Shown: positions 1 through 9,800 of the stretch, in pieces
Layout: every line of letters starts with the position of its first letter
Position numbering within the stretch: the stretch's first letter is position 1
From: Nemertoderma westbladi
Lineage: Eukaryota; Animalia; Xenacoelomorpha
Direction of reading: 5' to 3'
Assembly (NCBI GenBank): GCA_032718475.1
Contig: JAUCBJ010002634.1
Location: 1 to 45,079 of the forward strand
Length of the DNA stretch: 45,079 bases
Translations under genes and position numbers: made by a program
Notes under the pieces: generated by a model
What the model saw: only the letters and a program-made list of their open reading frames with translations
Database searches by the model: none
Told to the model about the DNA's origin: nothing

Positions 1-225
1 TAAGTACTATTTAATACACCACGTTTGCATTTTTTGTCACTTAATTATAATATTATTATCTATAGTATTATAAAAAAGTAAATCTTAATTCATTCAATTT
101 TAAATCTCCTTTTAATTATATATTTGGTAAATATTCTGGTGCTTAGGCTGTAATGATTATCTTTAATTAGTGCAATATTTAAGTGTTTACAATTACACCT
201 ATTATCGGTCGAAACAGGCATTTCG

Positions 226-1452
226 ATATTTCGAATGAAAATTGCCCCAATAGTAACTTATTCAATAAACGTCATCGGCAGTTTATCTACCCTATCACAC
301 CTAAAAGATATAGACAAAGTGAAATCTAAACATATTAAACGGTTACTCCGCCTTCACAGCTCTGCATTATCATTATTCACAATGGCCTTGAAACTTGTCA
401 ATCAAAACACCTTTATAGAGGATAATATACTTGAACAATACCCACACTCTTTCAACCTTGAAACTCTTATAAATCAATACCGAGCTCACAGACAAGAAAG
501 AAATATTAAATTCATAAACCAACAATACACTATACAGTAGGACACGCCGTCAGAAACCCAACCTGGAAAACCGGTGGTCAACAGAACAGATTCCTAGTTA
601 CTAATTTCACGGCGCATGGGTACCATCACAAATTATTACTGCAACCCCACCCCGTTCCACATAATCTCCGATAACTGCCGCTGTAAACTAGTGGTCCACC
701 TCCGGAATATTAAGATACTACTACTACTAGGATCGGCATGCTGCATTGCAGCTGCATTTTTAAGAATGCTGTGCCGGCTTATCGACAAAATTGCACCGCC
801 ACAACTCCCTATCACCCATGACATTTGCTAGATCATCCGCATCTTCAAGACCAGTGTCCTTTAAGATGCGTCTCAAGAAAGTCATGGGCTGTCCACCATG
901 CTTATTCACTCCATGAGGCTGCCAAAGTACAAGATTATGCACTGGCTGGTCCTCACGGCGAAAGCAATGTCCTGCAAAGCGGGGGCGATTTTGTTCTAGT
1001 GTCAAGCTTGGGGGAACCAATGAGACACCTCCAATGTTATATAGTGTCTGGTTGGAGATGTGTGCATTGTACTTGACACAATGAACCCGGCGTAGCATTC
1101 TTGTGAATGTGCCATCCAGAGATTTGGTGTCGTCAGCAGTTAGAGCCCAGCATGGACTCCCATAGAGGAGTACTGGAACTACTGCTGCTCTAAATAATCG
1201 GACCTTAAGTTACCGATTAATTCTCGTTGACTTCCAAATCCTGGAAAGCCTATTCAAGATAACACACTTACAGTGTCCGCAATGCCCCTCAATCGCGTCT
1301 CCACAGTCCACCACACATATAACTCGTCAATTTTTTAGGTTTTAATATTTTTACAAATTTAATTTATAATATCCTTTGTCTCTCTGTATATATTTTATAA
1401 TGTTTACAATTTTACTCCGTTTGGGAGTGTATCTATTCCAATTATTATTATT
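226..1452 (+). mobile_element. Decayed 3' part of a non-LTR retrotransposon (post-RT region, C-terminal Cys/His knuckle remnant, (ATT)n tail), interrupted by an RTE insertion
   Basis: ORF 235-540 (PIVTYS...DIDKVKSKHIKRLLRL) resembles the LINE post-RT segment. CRCKL at ~676-690 and HLQCP at ~1265-1279 could rejoin as a Zn-knuckle if 718-1255 is removed. Hairpin ACTCC...GGAGT is followed by ATTATTATTATT at 1441-1452. Stops and frameshifts are present. Confidence 0.5.
716..1258 (-). mobile_element. 5'-truncated RTE-clade LINE (ORF C-terminus plus (TAG)n tail)
   Basis: Minus frame reads LNRLSRIWKS..*LKVRLFRAAVVPVLLYGSPCWALT..LDGTFTRMLRR..RFAGHCFRR..LVLWQP..KDTGL..DRELWR, the typical RTE post-RT motifs, with one in-frame stop. 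A TAGTAGTAGTAGTA tail lies at 716-729, and AAGATA occurs at both ends (712-717, 1256-1261). Confidence 0.8.
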
Positions 1453-1704
1453 AAAGAAAGCATTCAATATGTCATATTCAGTGTATGTCATAAAATTCTG
1501 CTAGGTAAGTAATGCTACATTGGACTGGTTCACAGTTATGTAAATAGACTAGTTCAAGACCTACCTGTCAGAGAGAGGGCAGCAAAGCGCAGTTTGCTAC
1601 TGTACAACAACAGATTATGTGGTGTACCACCAAGGTAGTATATTACAGTAGTTCCTCTGCTTTTTGTATGTTATGTAAATGATATGATAAGTAGTATAGT
1701 ATAC

Positions 1705-2803
1705 TGTAGATCCCGATTTTAAACTCATCTTATATGCCGACGACAGTGCTCCTATTTTCTCATAAAGACCCCGTCCATATTTCTAAAAGGTGAAGTTCCT
1801 TGAATGATGAATGGTTGGTTGAAAATAATAAGCTATCCGTTCACTACGTTAAAACTGGCAGTGTTTTATTTGGTTACAATAAAAAGTTAAAAAGATAACT
1901 AAGTTTGAAATACTGTAGCTAGTTTAATGGTCATAAGATAGAAAATAAAAAGGAAGTTAAATATTTAGGCGCCGCTTTGGATAACTGATTATCTAGCTGG
2001 AGAAAGCACACCGAAAATATTTCTCGAAAGTAACTAGGTCTCTCTCTATATACATACATACATAGAAACAGTTATCTGTGTTACATGTCACATGGGTTCT
2101 TTTCCACGTTTGTTTAATCTTTCCTAAACCTTTCCTCACATGGATATTATTACACTGGTAGGCGTTACGCGCTGGATGGGAAGGGGGGGAGAGTAATTAA
2201 AATATGTTAGGCCTACTCTCTCTCTCAGGCAAAAAATGGTACGGGTAATTGGAAATATTATAGTGCTTCATATTAGCTAGTGCTTCAAACTTTTACCTCC
2301 CGAATTGTAAATCCTTTGAATCTGATACTTTCTTTTTTAACGGCATAAAAAATTGGAACGCTCTGCCTAATGAAATTAAAAACCTAAATAATCAACATTC
2401 TTTTAAATCTGCAGTTAAATCTCATCTCCGTGTGCAATGTAAAAATAGGTACAATAGTCCTACAGTAAGTTATTAGTTTATTAATTATTTACTATTTATA
2501 CTGTAATTACGTTTTATAATAAATTGTTCTGTACATTACATCTTTATCGTTGAGTCGGACATTGTCACGCTCTCGGTAAAGTTGTACATGTACATAGTGT
2601 AATTACGTTTTATATTGGTTTTAGGTTAGCGTAGTGTAATATTGTATTTGTAACCAAGTAACATAAAGGACCCCCTTGGAAATAAGCTGCAAAGCTTTAG
2701 GGGTAATCCTATATGTTATGTTGGACAATACCTTTATACCGGTACATTGTTTGGTGTATTTGTTATTGTTTTTACATAATGTATAAATAAATCTATCTAT
2801 CTA
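1705..2803 (+). mobile_element. Decayed CR1/L2/Crack-group LINE: RT C-terminal part, internal deletion, 3'UTR
   Basis: KLILYADDSA (YADD motif, ~1721-1750), WLVENNKL, EVKYLG (~1952-1970) and WNALPNEIK..FKSAVKSHL (~2354-2428). The 3'UTR has a stem-loop GGACCCCCTTGGAAATAAG...GGGGTAATCC (2668-2709), then AATAAA and a (TCTA)n tail at ~2786-2803. Multiple stops and frameshifts. Confidence 0.8.
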
Positions 2804-2871
2804 TTATATCTTAATAAATATATTTCATTGTATTCTTCATATTACAATAAATCTTTTAACAAACTTGAAGT

Positions 2872-2877
2872 TTTATT
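2872..2877 (-). promoter_or_regulatory. Candidate HYDIN polyadenylation signal
   Basis: AATAAA on the minus strand ~260 bp downstream of the HYDIN stop. The context is AT-rich, so it could be chance. Confidence 0.35.
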
Positions 2878-3138
2878 GAAGTTAACAATAATTTACAATA
2901 CTGTATTTACAATATTTACAAATTAACAAGTAAAGGCATAAACAATATATCAATTAAACCATAAAAAGCATATTTTACAATATTTACAATCAATAGTACA
3001 AACCATGTTTACAGCCACTTCAGTAGCTACGCAACTATTATTTACAACTCTTTGTTTTTTGGTATAAAAGGTCGTCAATAACGGACGTGTTTCTACCACA
3101 CTGATCCACTGCGGCGATGTTTTAATTTTAATGACTAA

Positions 3139-3494
3139 TTATTCCTTCGCCGGCACCCCTTTCAGATAGAACGTCCATACTATTGGTTGAGCTGTATTAG
3201 CTGTGGGTGCTGACGTCACCAGCAGTCTACCCATATGAGGCGAGACCTTAATGCGAGTTTCTTCCGTTTCATCCACGGTATAGCCAACCTGGATGCTATA
3301 AGTTCGTTTATGTTTTACTGAATCATAATTTTTTACTGTAAATGAACCGCTATCCACCGAGAACAAGAATTCCGTGGTCGAATGGAAAACATTCTTAAAG
3401 GGAATGGATACTGTGGTGTTGGCTTTGATCGTGTAAGGGCCCAAGGGTTTGGGGGTTGAGCAGACGCCGAATAAAGGAAACGTAAAGTCGCCAC
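3139..3494 (-). CDS. HYDIN: HYDIN terminal coding exon
   Basis: GGDFTFPLFGVCSTPKPLGPYTIKA..SIPFKNVF..WTFYLKGVPAKE* matches the HYDIN C-terminus (PLFG..PKPQGPF..IPFKNVF..WVYYLKG). AG acceptor at 3495-3496; phase fits the upstream exon. Confidence 0.93.
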
Positions 3495-3876
3495 CTAGAC
3501 AAACATACATCACACAGATGAATACTTATAGAAACATACGGTAGACAAATAGCAAGGCTAAAACGAGCCTATCGCTACTGTAACCTACCGTCGTGTGTAC
3601 TTACCGTGACAGTAACCTGATCCATTCCATTAATCAATAATTCGTCGAGGACTCGAGAGTTATTAATTTATCGAGATGGGATTTTCAACAACCCCAGCCC
3701 CTATAGAGGGGGCACGTTATTCTAACCAAAACAAAGTTTTATTTTTTAGAGTAATCACCTTTTATTAGTGTCGCTTTTCCCCTGGAGGGACATGGTAGGC
3801 CTACTTTATTGCGTCGAAACTACCCCCACCCCCTATCTGACATAGAGACTAATCTATAATTTTTACATTATCTTAC

Positions 3877-4039
3877 CTATAGGTGAGCTGATATGCAAGA
3901 CAGCGCTGGAATCACCGAGTTTCGATGGTTCGTAGGTGACATCCAGTTTGATTTCGGTTCCCCCCGTAGAGCCAGGCGCCGCAACAATCGAGCGGTCGCA
4001 AGACCAGTCCACTTTATCAGAGCGCCCATCTTGGATCAC
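3877..4039 (-). CDS. HYDIN: HYDIN exon (163 nt)
   Basis: VIQDGRSDKVDWSCDRSIVAAPGSTGGTEIKLDVTYEPSKLGDSSAVLHISSPI; AG acceptor and GTAAG donor. Confidence 0.92.
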
Positions 4040-4149
4040 CTAATGGTTAATCAATACCGCAAAATAATTTAATAGCGTCTTGATGTTCATACAAGTTGGT
4101 GATTTGATTTCGTCTGAAACGTCTGTATTTATTGTAATAAACGACCCAC

Positions 4150-4341
4150 CTTACAAGTGTACTCCACCTTCTGTTTGGCGTAGTTAGCAAATTTAGCCGG
4201 CGCCTGCATATTGGAGCCAAGAGAGGTTGCGTAATGGATTGGTTTCTCAGGTCCTGGATTGGTTGATATTAGACACAGTTCGTAAGTAAATATACCAAGT
4301 TCGCTACTGCTTAACGTCAGCTTGGTCTCGGCTTCCCCTGC
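4150..4341 (-). CDS. HYDIN: HYDIN exon (192 nt)
   Basis: AGEAETKLTLSSSELGIFTYELCLISTNPGPEKPIHYATSLGS..KFANYAKQKVEYTCK; AG acceptor and GTGGGT donor, phase 0/0. Confidence 0.92.
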
Positions 4342-4754
4342 CTACAACATATACCAACTTATTGGACGTAAACAAAACAAAACCACAAACGAAACAACCA
4401 GTTCGCACGATAATTAAAATATTAAATTTTATAGTTTATTATTAAAATATTTAAATATAAAAAAGCGAGTTTTTTCTGCTTCGTAATTGTTTTACCCTCT
4501 AATTCGAACCAATGCATTCGGGTAGGCCTACAAACCGGTCAGCTGTCCGTGTCAGTTTGCTTTTACAATCGGTATTCTGATGAGTAAAACACAGAAAACC
4601 TTTCTATTGTTCGTGCCTTGCGTATTTCAGTTTTCTCTGTGCCGAAAAGCTGTCGAGAAAATATATACTGAAAGCTGAATGCAGACAGTATGTAGAATCT
4701 ACTGGGAGTTACATAGGCTTTACTTACTATGAAAATGTTATAACTTAACTTTAC

Positions 4755-5018
4755 CTTCAAGGGGAGAAATTCAAAGGTACAACTGCCTGTTTCCAATGGT
4801 GGGATGGTAATCTGGGGTGGCAGTGAAACGTCGTTGGCAGCACAAAATGCGTTGAGTGATACGGGAATATCCAATGGGTTGTTGACGTAAATAGTGTGGG
4901 AAGTGGATTGTCTCGATGGCGCAGCCAATTCAATACGTTCAACCACCGCTGGAGGGCCCACAACAAAGTTCACGTTGTACCAAATATATTCCTCGCTCTG
5001 TTGGTTTTTAAACGTTAC
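4755..5018 (-). CDS. HYDIN: HYDIN exon (264 nt)
   Basis: VTFKNQQSEEYIWYNVNFVVGPPAVVERIELAAPSRQ..NNPL..FEFLPLK; AG acceptor and GTAAAG donor, phase 0/0. Confidence 0.92.
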
Positions 5019-5143
5019 CTGAGGAATTTATTCGAATAATTTTGTTGATCCTATGAAAAAACACTAATTACTTGATATGTAACGTAACATGTTAGTCAAC
5101 TATAAGATATTGGCTGAAATTCCTTTAGCCATTCGGTACTTAC

Positions 5144-5294
5144 CTTTATACTATAGATACCTTCTCTATACGAGAAGAAATTGATTTTGTAAGTTCTAGT
5201 TGAGATGCCAGGTACATCAATGTACTCCAACCCGGTAATGCGAGTTGATTGGTCTACTTTGTCGGGTTTCATCACCTCAATAATGCATTTAAAC
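5144..5294 (-). CDS. HYDIN: HYDIN exon (151 nt)
   Basis: (R)FKCIIEVMKPDKVDQSTRITGLEYIDVPGISTRTYKINFFSYREGIYSIK; AG acceptor and GTAAGT donor. Confidence 0.92.
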
Positions 5295-5926
5295 CTGAAT
5301 AATATGAAAATAAATCAACCTACAGTTAACAGTATTGGTGAGCCAATCCTGGAAACCAATGTCAACGCCATTCTAGATTATCAGCACGTCGACCGACTGC
5401 CTTTAACTCAGTTAGGCGGAGTCGGCTTAAACTTTAAGGATTATATCATAAAAACATGAATGTTGCCAAAAACCCAACCATTATGTATATTTTATTTACC
5501 AAAATAGGCCAAAAGAAAGTAGAATTTAAAATTCGATAACCCATTTGAAGCAGAGGACACTTAAAACCAAGTCTACACCGTAATTGCATTACTACCGGTA
5601 GCCTTGCTTATAACCCTAACTGACATAAACTTATTTAAACATAAAGTATATCAATAAGGAAGGCAGTCAACATTGTAATTACGTTTAGTATATCGTCGCT
5701 TTATAACTTAAAGAGCTTGAAAGGCCCAAATTTCACAGCTTTACATAAGCAAAAATATTATGGAAGGAGTAATTAATGCAATGGAATACTAAAATGCATT
5801 CTTATTTGATAAAAAGTTTCTAAATACAACGAAAGGGAATAAGACAGTGAAATAATAATAAAAATGTTATTGCCCTTTGTTTTAGATCTTAGGACTGTTT
5901 TCAGCCCGACGTTTTCTCTAACTTAC

Positions 5927-6090
5927 CTCTGGGGTTTCCTCAACCAATTCTCGACGACTAACGTCTGACAATAATCCGTTTTGCCGGGTATATCCACGTT
6001 GATTGTGTCTATTGGACGAGGTGGTTCGGCAGACCCTGTTAGGTTGTACATGAGGCCCGTCCCATCGGGGAAAGCAAAAAATACAGACCC
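5927..6090 (-). CDS. HYDIN: HYDIN exon (164 nt)
   Basis: GSVFFAFPDGTGLMYNLTGSAEPPRPIDTINVDIPGKTDYCQTLVVENWLRKPQ(R); CAG acceptor and GTAAGT donor. Confidence 0.93.
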
Positions 6091-6533
6091 CTGGAGATAA
6101 TAGAGGAGTTAACGATATAATTAATTGATTATTAGAGGAGATACTGAGATACAGAATGTAACACGTAGACGTGACGTAAGTTCGACAGATAATGATGGTA
6201 TACACTTTTGCAGTACAACAGTCAAATCTCGGCAAATATCGTTTCAGTGAATTAACACTGTTAATAATCCATTAATCGAAAACAGCGCAGGTTACAACTT
6301 ACAATGGCACGTTATCCTAACAAAAACAATAAACGAACGTCAATAGCACAGTTTGTAGTTTCATTTTCACTTGTTATCAATCTGGTGAGGGGTGAATTTT
6401 GACTGCGTAAAGAGTGAGTCTGATGTACAGTTAGTATCGTTATGTAGTTATGATGTATTTTAGGTGATTGATTGACCTCATGGTACTTGTTAATAATTTA
6501 CAATATTAGGACTAATTATAATATTAAATGTAC

Positions 6534-6817
6534 AGCCCCTCACCACCTGTACAGTACACTCTGTACAAAAGACCGGACATGCTTCAACCCCTATCTGTCG
6601 TCGATCTGTCTGTCTGACGGTAAATGTTTGAAGGCTATAATTCAGTCAATCTTTGATGAAATTAAACCAAACTTGGTACAAAATTTTGTCTGTCAAAAGT
6701 CTGAAAAAGAATTTGCGTGATTCTCCAGTCTCCCGCTAGATGGCGACTAGTACGATAAGCTTGCTTACTTCGCCCTGCGCGAAGGGCCTCCCTACATCGC
6801 AGCATGCCGATACTAGT
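6534..6817 (+). mobile_element. Short non-autonomous Helentron-associated (HINE/DINE-1/pearl-like) element
   Basis: Features appear in the expected order: degenerate subTIR AGCCCCTCAC (6534-6543, 7/10 to the reverse complement of GCGAAGGGCC at 6779-6788), hairpin TGTACAG-N6-CTGTACA, (TCTG)n microsatellite at 6605-6616, ACCAAACTTGGT at 6666-6677, then a 3' subTIR, short spacer, hairpin ATCGCA-GCA-TGCCGAT and ACTAGT. The left boundary is uncertain. Confidence 0.6.
6733..6745 (+). promoter_or_regulatory. CTCF-like motif CCGCTAGATGGCG
   Basis: Matches the CTCF core consensus CC(A/G)C(C/T)AG(A/G)(G/T)GGC(A/G); motif match only. Confidence 0.35.
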
Positions 6818-9800
6818 AGTCCTGTAGTACTAGCGAAGGGCCTTCGTACATGCCGATACTAGTAGTACTGTAGTACTAGCGAAGGGCCTTAGTACATGCC
6901 GATACAAGTAGTACTGTAGTACTAGCGAAGGGCCTTCGTACATGCCGATACTAGTAGTACTGTAGTACTAGCGAAGGGCCTTCGTACATGCCGGTACTAG
7001 TAGTACTGTAGTACTAGCGAAGGGCCTTCGTACATGCCGATACTAGTAGTACTGTAGTACTAGCGAAGGGCCTTCGTACATGCCGGTACTAGTAGTACTG
7101 TAGTACTAGCGAAGGGCCTTCGTACATGCCGATACTAGTAGTACTGTAGTACTAGCGAAGGGCCTTCGTACATGCCGGTACTAGTAGTACTGTAGTACTA
7201 GCGAAGGGTCTTAGTACATGCCGATACTAGTAGTACTGTAGTAGTAGGGAAGGGCCTTCGTACATGCCGATACTAGTAGTACTGTAGTACTAGGGAAGGG
7301 CCTTCGTACATGCCGATACTAGTAGTACTAGGGAAGGGCCTTCGTACATGCCGATACTAGTAGTACTGTAGTACTAGCGAAGGGCCTTCGTACATGCCGA
7401 TACTAGTAGTACTGTAGTACTAGGGAAGGGCCTTCGTACATGCCGATACTAGTAGTACTAGGGAAGGGCCTTCGTACATGCCGATACTAGTAGTACTGTA
7501 GTACTAGCGAAGGGCCTTCGTACATGCCGATACTAGTAGTACTGTAGTACTAGCGAAGGGCCTTCGTACATGCCGGTACTAGTAGTACTGTAGTACTAGC
7601 GAAGGGCCTTCGTACATGCCGATACTAGTAGTACTGTAGTACTAGCGAAGGGCCTTCGTACATGCCGATACTAGTAGTACTGTAGTACTAGCGAAGGGCC
7701 TTCGTACATGCCGGTACTAGTAGTACTGTAGTACTAGGGAAGGGCCTTCGTACATGCCGATACTAGTAGTACTGTAGTACTAGCGAAGGGCCTTCGTACA
7801 TGCCGATACTAGTAGTACTGTAGTACTAGCGCAGGGCCTTCGTACATTCCGACACTAGTAGTACTGTAGTACTAGCGAAGGGCCTTCGTACATGCCGATA
7901 CTAGTAGTACTGTAGTACTAGCGAAGGGCCTTCGTACATGCCGGTACTAGTAGTACTGTAGTACTAGGGAAGGGTCTTAGTACATGCCGATACTAGTAGT
8001 ACTGTAGTACTAGCGAAGGGCCTTCGTACATGCCGATACTAGTAGTACTGTAGTACTAGGGAAGGGCCTTCGTACATGCCGATACTAGTAGTACTGTAGT
8101 ACTAGCGCAGGGCCTTCGTACATTCCGACACTAGTAGTACTGTAGTACTAGCGAAGGGCCTTCGTACATGCCGGTACTAGTAGTACTGTAGTACTAGGGA
8201 AGGGTCTTAGTACATGCCGATACTAGTAGTACTGTAGTACTAGCGAAGGGCCTTCGTACATGCCGGTACTAGTAGTACTGTAGTACTAGGGAAGGGTCTT
8301 AGTACATGCCGATACTAGTAGTACTGTAGTACTAGCGAAGGGCCTTCGTACATGCCGGTACTAGTAGTACTGTAGTACTAGGGAAGGGTCTTAGTACATG
8401 CCGATACTAGTAGTACTGTAGTACTAGGGAAGGGTCTTAGTACATGCCGATACTAGTAGTACTGTAGTACTAGCGAAGGGCCTTCGTACATGCCGATACT
8501 AGTAGTACTGTAGTACTAGCGAAGGGCCTTCGTACATGCCGGTACTAGTAGTACTGTAGTACTAGCGAAGGGCCTTCGTACATGCCGATACTAGTAGTAC
8601 TGTAGTACTAGGGAAGGGCCTTCGTACATGCCGATACTAGTAGTACTAGCGAAGGGCCTTCGTACATGCCGATACTAGTAGTACTGTAGTACTAGCGAAG
8701 GGCCTTCGTACATGCCGATACTAGTAGTACTGTAGTACTAGCGCAGGGCCTTCGTACATTCCGATACTAGTAGTACTGTAGTACTAGGGAAGGGCCTACG
8801 TACATGCCGATACTAGTAGTACTGTAGTACTAGGGAAGGGCCTTCGTACATGCCGATACTAGTAGTACTAGCGAAGGGCCTTCGTACATGCCGATACTAG
8901 TAGTACTAGCGAAGGGCCTTCGTACATGCCGATACTAGTAGTACTGTAGTACTAGGGAAGGGCCTTCGTACATGCCGATACTAGTAGTACTAGCGAAGGG
9001 CCTTCGTACATGCCGATACTAGTAGTACTGTAGTACTAGCGAAGGGCCTTCGTACATGCCGATACTAGTAGTACTGTAGTACTAGCGCAGGGCCTTCGTA
9101 CATTCCGATACTAGTAGTACTGTAGTACTAGGGAAGGGCCTACGTACATGCCGATACTAGTAGTACTGTAGTACTAGCGAAGGGCCTTCGTACATGCCGA
9201 TACTAGTAGTACTGTAGTACTAGCGAAGGGCCTTCGTACATGCCGATACTAGTAGTACTGTAGTACTAGGGAAGGCCCTACGTACATGCCGATACTAGTA
9301 GTACTGTAGTACTAGGGAAGGGCCTTCGTACATGCCGATACTAGTAGTACTGTAGTACTAGGGAAGGGCCTTCGTACATGCCGATACTAGTAGTACTGTA
9401 GTACTAGGGAAGGCCCTACGTACATGCCGATACTAGTAGTACTGTAGTACTAGGGAAGGGCCTTCGTACATGCCGATACTAGTAGTACTGTAGTACTAGG
9501 GAAGGGCCTTCGTACATGCCGATACTAGTAGTACTAGCGAAGGGCCTTCGTACATGCCGATACTAGTAGTACTGTAGTACTAGCGAAGGGCCTTCGTACA
9601 TGCCGATACTAGTAGTACTGTAGTACTAGCGAAGGGCCTTCGTACATGCCGATACTAGTAGTACTGTAGTACTAGGGAAGGGCCTTCGTACATGCCGATA
9701 CTAGTAGTACTGTAGTACTAGGGAAGGGCCTTCGTACATGCCGATACTAGTAGTACTAGCGAAGGGCCTTCGTACATGCCGATACTAGTAGTACTAGGGA

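Noticed and set aside
716-729. (TAG)n tail of the RTE element as the origin of the TAG-rich satellite half
   Set aside because: Low-complexity similarity only, 6 kb away, with no shared unique sequence.
5205-6720. Short ORFs 5205-5459, 5918-6235 and 6472-6720
   Set aside because: Antisense or off-frame to HYDIN exons, or inside the HINE-like element; no independent coding signal.
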